A DNA stretch of 19,914 nt from Candidatus Jordarchaeia archaeon (GTDB lineage Archaea; Asgardarchaeota; Jordiarchaeia; Jordiarchaeales; Jordiarchaeaceae). This document shows positions 8,493 to 16,992 of this stretch, in pieces. The stretch is from NCBI GenBank assembly GCA_029856435.1, contig JAHQXB010000060.1, positions 1-19,914 of the forward strand, given 5' to 3'. Made by a program: the position numbers and the translations under genes. Numbering within the stretch: the first letter of the stretch is position 1; each line of letters starts with the position of its first letter. Below the pieces are notes generated by a model. That model had not been told where the DNA came from. It saw only the letters and a program-made list of their open reading frames with translations, and searched no databases.

Positions 8493-8611
8493 CGGTTAGC
8501 CACCAAAGCTACTCTTTGGGAAAATTGAGATTTAAAGAAATTATAAACCTTTTGAAAACAAACAACACCAAGAACTAAAAATTTTGGACAGCAACCAAAT
8601 TTCTATTAAAC

Positions 8612-9796
8612 TTATTGCCACCATTTACCGGCTGTGCCGTCCTCTGTAGCTAAGCTTCTATATCCCTTAACCTTATTGAAGGGACAGACAGCGATACAGT
8701 TGGAACACGAAAATCCGTTCCTTCTCCAAGACTCTAGGCATTTTTCAGGGTTGATGGGCCATTTGAGTACACCGGGATTATTAGATATGCTCGTCGCTTC
8801 TTTTGTTCTTTCTCCGAAAGAGATGGCTTGGGTTGGACAGTGCTCTGCGCATCTTCTACACTTTTGGCAATATTCTGTGACCCCAAAGTCAATGGGTTTA
8901 TCGTTTTTGAGAGGCATGTTAGTAAGCACCTTACATATTCTCACTGCCGGTCCGAATTCGGGGGTTATGAGTAGACCGCTTCTCCCCAGCTGCCCTAAAC
9001 CCGCAGATATTGCCAAAGGAATGCTTAAAGCAGTATCATTAGCACAGGGAATTGCGGTATAACCCAAACCGCGAATAAATTCTGCAACACTAGCCGCCAA
9101 AAAAACCATTCGGGAGTAGCCCAAACCAGTAGCCACCTCACCCAATGGAGAAGGAGAATTGCGCAATAGCTCAATATCCATTTCTATTGCCATGACCACA
9201 GCATGATTAACATCTGAGGGGATAATGAATTCTTCTTCTGTCTCATCCGGTTCTGGCACGTTTCTGAACACTATTCTTTTGTGCACATTATCAGGTCTAA
9301 CCCAGTGGTGAGAGTAAACCCATTTATGGTCAAGTTCACAGGTACCAACCAGATCCGCCCCATAAGTCTTAGCAGCTTTCTTGATAACCATTGACATTGT
9401 ATCTGGAGTTTCACCCAACTTTTGAAGATTTAAATTATCCTGTCCTATTTTCCACATCTGGAAAAGTTTAACGCTAGAGGGATTTTTCTCGAAACTTAAA
9501 GGTTTCCAAGAGAGAAGCCCCATATTCCCAGTCTCAAACTCTGAAGCAGTAGTTAAAGCCCACGCGCCCTGCATAAGCGCATAATCTTTCAAAGTGAATC
9601 CTGGAAAACCATGCTTAATCCTATCATCTATGAATCCCAGAATATCACGGATATTGTCAAAAGCGAGACTGTGATCCCAAGAGGATCTTGCAAACATCTC
9701 ATATTTCTGATCAAACCTAGTATAGGAGGAATCTACTTCATAGAGATCAAAAATCGAAGAAACAGTTCTGATGATACTTTTAGACATGCTGACCAC
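8612..9796 (-). CDS. rdhA: reductive dehalogenase catalytic subunit homologue (B12, 2x[4Fe-4S]) lacking a TAT signal
   Basis: RFDQK..F, AKTYGADLVG, GLGYS, AGLGQLGRSGLLITPEFGPAVRICKVLTNMPL..DKPIDFG, CQKCRRCAEHCP and C-x10-CSNCIAVCP. Start is GTG9796 or ATG9787. Confidence 0.9.
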   Translation of the reverse strand: MVSMSKSIIRTVSSIFDLYEVDSSYTRFDQKYEMFARSSWDHSLAFDNIRDILGFIDDRIKHGFPGFTLKDYALMQGAWALTTASEFETGNMGLLSWKPLSFEKNPSSVKLFQMWKIGQDNLNLQKLGETPDTMSMVIKKAAKTYGADLVGTCELDHKWVYSHHWVRPDNVHKRIVFRNVPEPDETEEEFIIPSDVNHAVVMAIEMDIELLRNSPSPLGEVATGLGYSRMVFLAASVAEFIRGLGYTAIPCANDTALSIPLAISAGLGQLGRSGLLITPEFGPAVRICKVLTNMPLKNDKPIDFGVTEYCQKCRRCAEHCPTQAISFGERTKEATSISNNPGVLKWPINPEKCLESWRRNGFSCSNCIAVCPFNKVKGYRSLATEDGTAGKWWQ

Positions 9797-9954
9797 TTTG
9801 AAAACAATAAAAAGAACATTTTAAAAATTTTAAGGGACTAAAAAGGGGAGTGGCAAATGTTCACATGAAATGATATTAATTCTGGATGATGTGATTTAAA
9901 TTTTAAAATTAATAAAAAAAATTAAAAAATAGAGTATATTATATTAGGTTTTTC

Positions 9955-10290
9955 TTACTTTTTCAGTAGCAAGGCGATGATAGCACCAAGTATCTCGAGG
10001 ATACCTGCAAGGAAGCCAAAGTAGCCACCGATACCCGCAATGATTGAGAGAAGACCTCCAATTATAAGTAGAATTGCGCTCCACTTGATGACCTTACCGA
10101 TGAGCAACATAATCGCAAATATCAAACCTAGGATAGAACCTATGACGACTAAGAGTAACCAAAGGGTTGGAGGACTAAGCATTGTTTCAATTTTGAAACC
10201 GAGCATCATCCAAGCCGCTAGGAATCCTATGATTGCACCTATTAGTGCTAGTATACCGCCTATGGTGGTTCCAGTTGTTCTTTCACTCAT
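9955..10290 (-). CDS. small Gly-rich integral membrane protein (about 4 TM helices)
   Basis: Four hydrophobic segments separated by short loops; 111 aa; no assignable catalytic motif. Confidence 0.8.
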   Translation of the reverse strand: MSERTTGTTIGGILALIGAIIGFLAAWMMLGFKIETMLSPPTLWLLLVVIGSILGLIFAIMLLIGKVIKWSAILLIIGGLLSIIAGIGGYFGFLAGILEILGAIIALLLKK

Positions 10291-10535
10291 TTTTTACTAC
10301 CTTCCTTCAAATTGTTTTTTGAGTGATAGGCTTGTGTGATTAAATTTAAAGTTTACCAGCTTTAGTTTGTTGGTTCACGTTAAATGTCGAAGTCGGGTTC
10401 GCTATGACGTAAATCTTATTCACAAATGTGTATAGTTAAGATATAGATTTATGATTTTTAGAAATATAATATGTACAGTTTAAAGATTAATTATAACATT
10501 ATTATACTATTGTAATGTGGAGGAAAAATTTCAGA

Positions 10536-10551
10536 ATTAACTATAGTTAAT
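10536..10551. promoter_or_regulatory. perfect 16-bp palindrome, candidate operator
   Basis: ATTAACTATAGTTAAT equals its own reverse complement and lies in the 561-bp divergent spacer. Confidence 0.4.
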
Positions 10552-10740
10552 GCAGAATAATTCCGTGTCTCATAAAAAACGGCGTTTATAGGATCATTTT
10601 CGTGGTCTGGAACTCTACGGGAAGGAAGGGGAAAGAATAATTTTACACCACTGTGTTCACTAATCGGAGATGTGGTTCCGTTTGGTTTCGCCTTCAAAAG
10701 GAGCTCTTATAGTACCTCTTTTTCTGTATATAGCCCTGAA

Positions 10741-10773
10741 ATAAGGGGTAGAATCGGATGAACCTACATCACC
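10741..10773 (+). repeat. dispersed motif copy 1 (ATAAGGGGTAGAATCGGA...CTACA.TCACC)
   Basis: First 18 bp are identical to the reverse complement of 19720-19737; downstream CTACA and TCACC are also shared. Confidence 0.8.
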
Positions 10774-10851
10774 TTTACTAATCTTTGATAAGTTTTAAAA
10801 GAGTTCTGAGCCTCATGTTTTTCACCAATTTTTCAGAGGAGATTTGTAGAT

Positions 10852-11640
10852 ATGGAAGATAGTGTGAAGCGTATCGCGTCCCAAGGTTCGATATTAGAGG
10901 CGGGTAAACAGAGACATTATCTGCTTAAGTACGGTCTTGGCTTGAACATAGATAAGCAGGCGACCTATACTATTATTGCGGGGTGCAACAATCCCTTTGC
11001 TCTGTTTGAGCCGTTTAAAGCTTTCGTAGAGTTGTTAAAGCTCTTTGAAGTGGATTACACTTTTCTTAAAAAGGAGTTTTGCTGTGGAAACCTTGCCTAT
11101 AGGGAAATACCAAGGGAGGAAAGGCCGAAACTGGAGGAGTACTCCAAACAATTTATTGAGAACAATCTTAAACAAGCAAAAAAACTTGGTTCCAGAGCTG
11201 TGGTGACATTTTGTAACGTTTGCTGTTTCCTTTATAATAGATTCTTCGGTAGTGAGTATGAGGGTATGAGAATTTTATACTATCCTGAATTCCTTCTAGA
11301 AACCATGAAGGGGAGACCCAGACTGGATAAGAATGTGGCGTATTATGAGGGATGTTACAGGTATCAAAGGGATTTAGCGCCGGGAGCAAAAATAAATCTA
11401 AAAAGCAACTATGAGCTCCTTAGAAGAATTCAAGATTTAAAGGTAAGCCAAGTTCCGTCAAATCTCTGTTGCATGGATAATGTGCAGAAGATTATTGATG
11501 AGGTAAACAATCAAAGATTGAATACTTTAGTGACAAGTTGTACAGGTTGCTTCGCAGTTCTAGATGTAATATCAAAGTTAGCAGGCGGTAAACCTGAGGT
11601 AAAGTACATAACCGAAATTTTACTAGAGGCCTACAAATAA
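10852..11640 (+). CDS. CCG-domain (HdrB/GlpC-like) Fe-S protein
   Basis: Two cysteine-rich domains: AGC...EFCCG...FCNVC and YYEGC...LCCM...TSCTGC. Confidence 0.8.
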   Translation: MEDSVKRIASQGSILEAGKQRHYLLKYGLGLNIDKQATYTIIAGCNNPFALFEPFKAFVELLKLFEVDYTFLKKEFCCGNLAYREIPREERPKLEEYSKQFIENNLKQAKKLGSRAVVTFCNVCCFLYNRFFGSEYEGMRILYYPEFLLETMKGRPRLDKNVAYYEGCYRYQRDLAPGAKINLKSNYELLRRIQDLKVSQVPSNLCCMDNVQKIIDEVNNQRLNTLVTSCTGCFAVLDVISKLAGGKPEVKYITEILLEAYK

Positions 11641-11820
11641 TGAAAGAACATCAAATTTATCCTTCTTTGGGTTTCTCCAATTATACTTGAGTTATCTATT
11701 ATAAAATACTGAAAAATTGGAGGTAAACATTGTAACAACCCAAGTTTTTCGTCACAAGATGGCTTCGACCCAATTGCTAGTGAGGACGTAGGAGCGGGCT
11801 GTCCCCATTGTGTTGGTGTG

Positions 11821-13164
11821 TCAATTTTTGAGTTTGTTTACTATTTTTTCTACTTGTTCAACTGCGGTGCCGATATACTGTTTTGGGTCTAGCCAGTTAT
11901 CGAGTTCCTTTTCATTTACTATTGGTCTTAGTTTGGGGTGTTCGAGTATGGCTTTCTTTAGGGGGATGTTTTCCTGACGGCATTTTATTGCTATTTGGCG
12001 AAGAGTTTCGTGAGCCTCCTGTCTTCCTAGTCCTTTCTCTACGAGTTTTAGCATTATGTTTTCACTCATATAGAGTCCGCCTTCGAGTTCTAGGTTTTTC
12101 TGAATGTTTTGGTAGTTGAATTCTAATCCTTTGAGTATGGATATCATTTCAGTTAGAATATAGTCTAGGAGTATGAAGGATTCGGGGAATATTATACGTT
12201 CATTGGAGGAGTTTGTTAAGTCTCTTTCGTGTTCGATTAGTGCAGCGTTTTCCAATGTGGGTATGGTGTAGGCTATTATCACCCGGGATATTCCGCAGAC
12301 TCTTTCTGAACGGTGGGGGTTTCTCTTCTGAGCCATAGTTGAGGATCCTACCTGCTTCTTTGTGAAGGGTTCAAATATTTCTCCGATTTCTGTTCTCTGT
12401 AAATTTCTTATTTCCTTAGCTATTTTTGTTAAGGTGGCAGCGACTAAAGCGTTTAAAAATATAATTTCTGCGTAGACGTCACGCTGAACTATCTGATTAG
12501 TTATCTCTGCTTCCCTTATTTGTAATTCTTGCATCACGGTTTTCTGGATGTCAAATCCCTTTTTTCCAAAACTAGCCATTGTTCCCACCGCTCCACTCAT
12601 TTTACCCACTAAAATCCTTTTCTTGCCTTCCCTGATTCTTTCTAGATGTCTATTGATTTCGCTGGCCCAAATGGCAAACTTCATCCCGTAGGTGAAGGGT
12701 ACAGCATGCTGCCCGTGTGTTCTCCCTATGCATATTGTTTCCTTGTGCTTGGAAGCTAAATCTAAGAGGACATTCTTGATAGATACGAGTTTTGAGGAAA
12801 TTATTTCTATGGCGTCTCTTAAGATTAGAGCCCAGGCAGTGTCCACAATGTCATAACTTGTTGCTCCTAAATGTACATATTTGCCAGCGTCTCCCTCGCA
12901 TACCTCTGATAGGGCTTGTACCATTGCCATAACATCGTGGTGAATCTCCTCTTCTAATTCTTTTACCCTCTCTAGTTTAACATATTTTAATGATGCTTTC
13001 TTAGATATCTCCTCTGCTGCTTCCTTTGGAATATCGCCAAGAGCCGCATGTGCCCTCGCTAGGGCCGCTTCTACATCAAGCCATTTTTGAAGTTTATTCT
13101 CTTCCGTAAAAACCTGCTTCATTTCAGATGTGAAATATCTATACTCTATGGGGTGCACCGACAT
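11821..13164 (-). CDS. purB: adenylosuccinate lyase
   Basis: YVHLGATSYDI, GRTHGQHA, GKMSGAVGT, signature GSSTMAQKRNP, HERDLTNS. Confidence 0.95.
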   Translation of the reverse strand: MSVHPIEYRYFTSEMKQVFTEENKLQKWLDVEAALARAHAALGDIPKEAAEEISKKASLKYVKLERVKELEEEIHHDVMAMVQALSEVCEGDAGKYVHLGATSYDIVDTAWALILRDAIEIISSKLVSIKNVLLDLASKHKETICIGRTHGQHAVPFTYGMKFAIWASEINRHLERIREGKKRILVGKMSGAVGTMASFGKKGFDIQKTVMQELQIREAEITNQIVQRDVYAEIIFLNALVAATLTKIAKEIRNLQRTEIGEIFEPFTKKQVGSSTMAQKRNPHRSERVCGISRVIIAYTIPTLENAALIEHERDLTNSSNERIIFPESFILLDYILTEMISILKGLEFNYQNIQKNLELEGGLYMSENIMLKLVEKGLGRQEAHETLRQIAIKCRQENIPLKKAILEHPKLRPIVNEKELDNWLDPKQYIGTAVEQVEKIVNKLKN

Positions 13165-13350
13165 TCCTCACACCTCAAAGCCCATCTATATTTTCTTAAG
13201 AGATAGAAAATATTAAAAGGATATTCCTCCCACTGTTAAAGACCGCTAAATATTCGTCACACCAATAATTCTATTTAGTGTCAAAATTTTAATTTCGAAT
13301 ATTTTGTAAACTTCTTTAATTAATTGTTTAAAAGAGTTAGGTGAAGTAAG

Positions 13351-14505
13351 TTGCGTGGGTTCGACGAAGATCTTTTAATGATTCCGGGCCCCACATTTGT
13401 CCCAGACAGTACACTCAGGGTTATGTCCCGCCAAATGATTAATCATAGGGGAAAAAAGTTTGGTGAGATGCTTACAGAGTGCACAGAAAATTTAAAGAAA
13501 GTTTTTAGAACTAAAAACGATCTCTTTATACTGACATGCTCGGGTACTGGGGCAATGGAAGCCGCTATCAGTAACATAATAGAAGATGGAGATAAGATAC
13601 TCTGTCCAGTATACGGCAAATTTAGTGAAAGGTTCAAACTAATTGTGGAAGCCTTCGGGGGAAAACCTATCGAGTTACCTGTGGAGTGGGGAGACATCCC
13701 ACAACCAGAACTACTTGAAGAAGCCTTGGACAGGGAGAAAAACGTTAAGGCTGTAACAATAACCCAAAACGAAACATCTACCGGAGTAAGAGTTCCACTT
13801 GAGGAAATAAGTAAGGTTGTAAAAAAGCATAATGCATTATTAGTTGTGGACACAATTTCGAGTATGGGTGGCGACTACATTCCCGTTGACGGTTTGAAAA
13901 TCGACCTCTGCGTCTCAGGCTCACAGAAGTGTTTTTCTCTCCCCCCAGGTTTAGCCTTCATCTCAGTATCCGAAGAAGCTTGGGAGGTAATTAGAAGGAC
14001 AAAAAGGAGGGCGTTCTACTTTAGCCTACCAGCATACCTAGAAAGCTATAAGAAGAATCCCCCAGAGCAGCCCTACACCCCTGCCTTAACATTCTATTAT
14101 GCCCTACAAAATTCTCTAAGACTGCTACTGGAAGAGGGGCTGGATAATGTGATTTCACGCCACCGAAAAGTAGCCCAAGCCACTAGAGAAGCCATAAAAG
14201 CGCTAGAATTGGAACTCTTCCCAAAGAGGGAGGAGAACTGCTCAGTTACAGTAACTGCGGTGCGAATCCCTAACGGCGTATCGGACAAGGATTTACGAGA
14301 ACATATGCAGAAGGAGTACGGTATCCTCATATCAGGAGGACAGTCCAAGTTAAAAGGAAAAATTTTCAGGATAGGACACATGGGATGCGTAACTGATAAA
14401 GAGATACTAACAACCATATATGCACTGGAACAGTCACTCAAAAAGCTAGGTCAAAGAGTAGAAATCGGAGCAGGACTAGAGGCAGCAATTAAAGTATTTA
14501 AGTAA
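13351..14505 (+). CDS. class-V PLP aminotransferase (alanine-glyoxylate/serine-pyruvate type)
   Basis: MIPGPT, HRG, SGTGAMEAA, NETSTGV, VDTISS, SGSQKC (PLP Lys) LPPGL, FRIGHMG; TTG start with AGGTGA upstream. Confidence 0.92.
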   Translation: MRGFDEDLLMIPGPTFVPDSTLRVMSRQMINHRGKKFGEMLTECTENLKKVFRTKNDLFILTCSGTGAMEAAISNIIEDGDKILCPVYGKFSERFKLIVEAFGGKPIELPVEWGDIPQPELLEEALDREKNVKAVTITQNETSTGVRVPLEEISKVVKKHNALLVVDTISSMGGDYIPVDGLKIDLCVSGSQKCFSLPPGLAFISVSEEAWEVIRRTKRRAFYFSLPAYLESYKKNPPEQPYTPALTFYYALQNSLRLLLEEGLDNVISRHRKVAQATREAIKALELELFPKREENCSVTVTAVRIPNGVSDKDLREHMQKEYGILISGGQSKLKGKIFRIGHMGCVTDKEILTTIYALEQSLKKLGQRVEIGAGLEAAIKVFK

Positions 14506-14827
14506 TCCTTTCTTAAGCTATTTTACTTAGGCTATTACTTTTTTTATCTTAAAGGGAAAAATTGGGTCTCTAAGAAATAATTTTTAAAAAGTTCTATCCA
14601 GAACTAATCAGTTGAAATTTTTGGAACGTTTAAAACGACTTAGGGGAAGGTAATAAATAGTTAAAAGCGGAAATGGTTTAAACATTCTAATCATTTATTT
14701 ATCGTTAAAAAAGAATTTAAATAGCATCATTTAAGATAATGAGTGTGATTTGAGTCTGAAACCTAGATTTGAGTAACTCTTAATGGAGAATTTAGGAAAT
14801 TAAGCATAGCGGTATTCTTTGAATTGC

Positions 14828-15211
14828 TCAGCTTTCTTTTTCCGATTCTCTTGCTATTTCTTTAAAGAGTAGCCTTCTACCCTCTCGAGTGGGTATTACT
14901 TTGTTTCCTTGGACTTTGACCAGTCCCTTCCTCGCCATTAGTACAACTTCTTGTTCTATTTGCCATGGTTCAGCGTCCAGATATTTTGCTATTTGCTCGA
15001 TGGTTTCTCTGTATCTTAGGCTTTCAAGAATGTTCCGATGGGATACCTTTTCGCCTGTTCTTTCTCTCTGAATTAATCCACAAATGCTACAGACTCTTAA
15101 TTTACGGGAAGAATCGTAAAGAACTGAGCCACCACAAGCATCACATTTCTGATCTGTTTGTTGTGTGCCATACCATTTTCCAGATGACCGTATGGAATCT
15201 TTCTTCGACAT
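14828..15211 (-). CDS. TFIIB-type Zn-ribbon fused to a winged HTH
   Basis: CDACGGSVLYD...VCSICGLI followed by IEQIAKYL...MARKGLVKVQGNKVIPTREGRRLL. GAGGTG SD points to ATG15211 rather than 15241. Confidence 0.7.
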   Translation of the reverse strand: MSKKDSIRSSGKWYGTQQTDQKCDACGGSVLYDSSRKLRVCSICGLIQRERTGEKVSHRNILESLRYRETIEQIAKYLDAEPWQIEQEVVLMARKGLVKVQGNKVIPTREGRRLLFKEIARESEKES

Positions 15212-15480
15212 ATAACAACACCTCATAAGAAATACAAACATTCAAACTATTATTCATTATCATATATCAAAAATTTTAATAGTATATATTATTAGTTATT
15301 AATTAAAATTAATGTAAATATAGTAAAAGTAAGATTTTTTCTCAATTGTAAGAAGTAGTGTAATGGAAAGAAAAATAAGGCCTAAGGTTTTCATAGATGT
15401 GTGTAGCAGGTATTAGGACAGCGGGTAGAAGGAAAATAAAATAATTTAGATTATTTAAAGATGCATTTTTTATATGTATA

Positions 15481-16155
15481 ATGTCAAAGGTGAAGATAGT
15501 GAGCAAGAAGAAGTTAATTAAAGAAGTCATAGCAGCCGTGAGCGTTTCTCTCCTACTTGGAGGAATTGTGGCCGCCCCTGCAGCAACAGTCTTGACGCTG
15601 TATTTTCCAGAGGTAGACCTGATGCCAATATCATATGGCGAAAGTTATAACTTTACAAGAGTCTGGATAGTGCTTCCAGGGCAAATGAACTGGATAGGGA
15701 TTTATCTGGGTTACGGTGAAAGTATGGTTGGCGTCTATACTTCAAACCTAAGAATTAATGCATACGTTATGGATGTTTTCAACTTCTTTCACTACTTACA
15801 GGGAGCCACATTTTTCACGCCAATAATGAAGGGGCAACCATCAGAGTTTTCACTCTTCGGCTACACCGCCGCAATCCCTGGATATTATTACTTAGTTGTT
15901 GAGAACTATTCCCCGTATCCTGCCTTAGTAGTCGTTGATGGACAAAAAGTATCTACTGCGGTAATCCCGGTAACCAGCTTTAAGCACAATTTGTCTCAGT
16001 TACTACTAAAAATAGCCTTAATCGGTGCATCAATTGGCTTCTTAATGTATCTACCCATAAGAATTTTAAAGTTTAGGCGATCCAAAAAAGAAATCAAAAG
16101 AAAAGAAACGAAAAGTCCCAAAATAGGAAGTAATACCGCTAAAAAAAGGACATAA
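15481..16155 (+). CDS. membrane protein with a beta-rich (GOLD/p24-like) domain between two hydrophobic segments
   Basis: N-terminal hydrophobic helix, strands INAYVMD and GYYYLVVEN, second TM, then a Lys-rich tail. Fold is inferred by eye. Confidence 0.6.
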   Translation: MSKVKIVSKKKLIKEVIAAVSVSLLLGGIVAAPAATVLTLYFPEVDLMPISYGESYNFTRVWIVLPGQMNWIGIYLGYGESMVGVYTSNLRINAYVMDVFNFFHYLQGATFFTPIMKGQPSEFSLFGYTAAIPGYYYLVVENYSPYPALVVVDGQKVSTAVIPVTSFKHNLSQLLLKIALIGASIGFLMYLPIRILKFRRSKKEIKRKETKSPKIGSNTAKKRT

Positions 16156-16342
16156 TAGCCTCCATATTTTTTATAAAAACCCTTTTTCCTAGTTTTGTTG
16201 TGAAGCCCTTTAACTTATGATGCTTTACTATTAAAGGATTTTTCAGTTTTATTCGATATACCTGGTTTTTAGCACATCTGCGCTTTTAACAGAAAAATTT
16301 TGCAGGATGCGATTTTTGGGTTATGAGGCAGTTTACCACAGG

Positions 16343-16358
16343 TTTTTATATATAAAAA
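16343..16358 (+). promoter_or_regulatory. TATA box (palindromic TTTTTATATATAAAAA) upstream of the gelsolin-like gene
   Basis: Consensus TTTATATA lies about 40-50 nt upstream of ATG16395. Confidence 0.5.
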
Positions 16359-16394
16359 AGAATAATTCTTATTAGATGTTTAAGGGGTGCTTTT

Positions 16395-16946
16395 ATGTCG
16401 GTAGGGGTTGAAGCTTTTCAGATAAGAGATGATGGAGAATTAATACCTGTGCCTTTAGATTACACGAATCTATCTAGGGCTTTAATCGTCGTTGACCATA
16501 ATAGAAAAAATATCTGGTTTTGGAAAGAATCTGAGGATCTTCCAAAGCTTTTGAAAGTTGTTGGTTCAAGGATAACGAACTCTCTGAAACTGAAATATGG
16601 CTTGAATTACTCTACAAAGGAGATAGTAGGAAAAAAGGAACCAGAAAAATTTCTTATATTGTTCGAGAATTTACCGTCCAGAAAAGATTCAAGGGAAAAA
16701 TCCACTGAGAGGAAAGCAGAATTTACACAAACACAAACCATAGCAGCTAAGATGCCCAAACAGCCAAAAATAAGTGAAAGGGAAAGGATGGGAATTCAAT
16801 CAGTACAAAGGCAAATTGCAAAAGACTTTTCAGAAATACCTATTTTGGTTAACATAAATATCAACTTGGAAAATCTTGACAGTTTTGATGAGAAAAAACT
16901 AGAAGATTTGATCAGAAGGGTCAGAGAAGTATTAGGCAAACTATGA
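16395..16946 (+). CDS. single gelsolin-homology-domain protein with an unrelated C-terminal extension
   Basis: FQIRDDGELIPV...LIVVDHNRKNIWFWK...KYGLNY...EPEKFLILF follows the gelsolin pattern (F-x-I, hydrophobic-D, IWxWxG/K, EPxEF) seen in Asgard gelsolins. Confidence 0.68.
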   Translation: MSVGVEAFQIRDDGELIPVPLDYTNLSRALIVVDHNRKNIWFWKESEDLPKLLKVVGSRITNSLKLKYGLNYSTKEIVGKKEPEKFLILFENLPSRKDSREKSTERKAEFTQTQTIAAKMPKQPKISERERMGIQSVQRQIAKDFSEIPILVNININLENLDSFDEKKLEDLIRRVREVLGKL

Positions 16947-16992
16947 CTGGCACCAATCGTTAAATATTCAGGAAAAGAATTCGTCTATTAAC

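Noticed and set aside
8612-9796. Alternative call as epoxyqueuosine reductase QueG
   Set aside because: The N-terminal RFDQK region, DKPIDFG and the C-x10-CxxCxxxCP second cluster fit RdhA better.
9955-10290. Calling the membrane protein RdhB
   Set aside because: It has about four rather than three TM helices and no WYxW-type motif, so it is kept only as a speculative partner.
10491-10740. Minus-strand translations resembling transposase pieces (IYRKRGTI, RVPDH) and the 68-aa ORF
   Set aside because: The fragments are in different frames and the wrong order, lack the catalytic Glu, and no partner inverted repeat was found.
10780-10851. In-frame TGA at 10807 upstream of the CCG gene as possible selenocysteine
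   Set aside because: A TAA at 10789 closes the frame with no start codon in between, and the extension has no protein-like motif.
13186-13212. ATATTTTCT/AGAAAATAT inverted repeat upstream of purB, and other AT-only palindromes (9899-9910, ~16168, ~18366)
   Set aside because: They are short and AT-rich, and expected by chance in these spacers.
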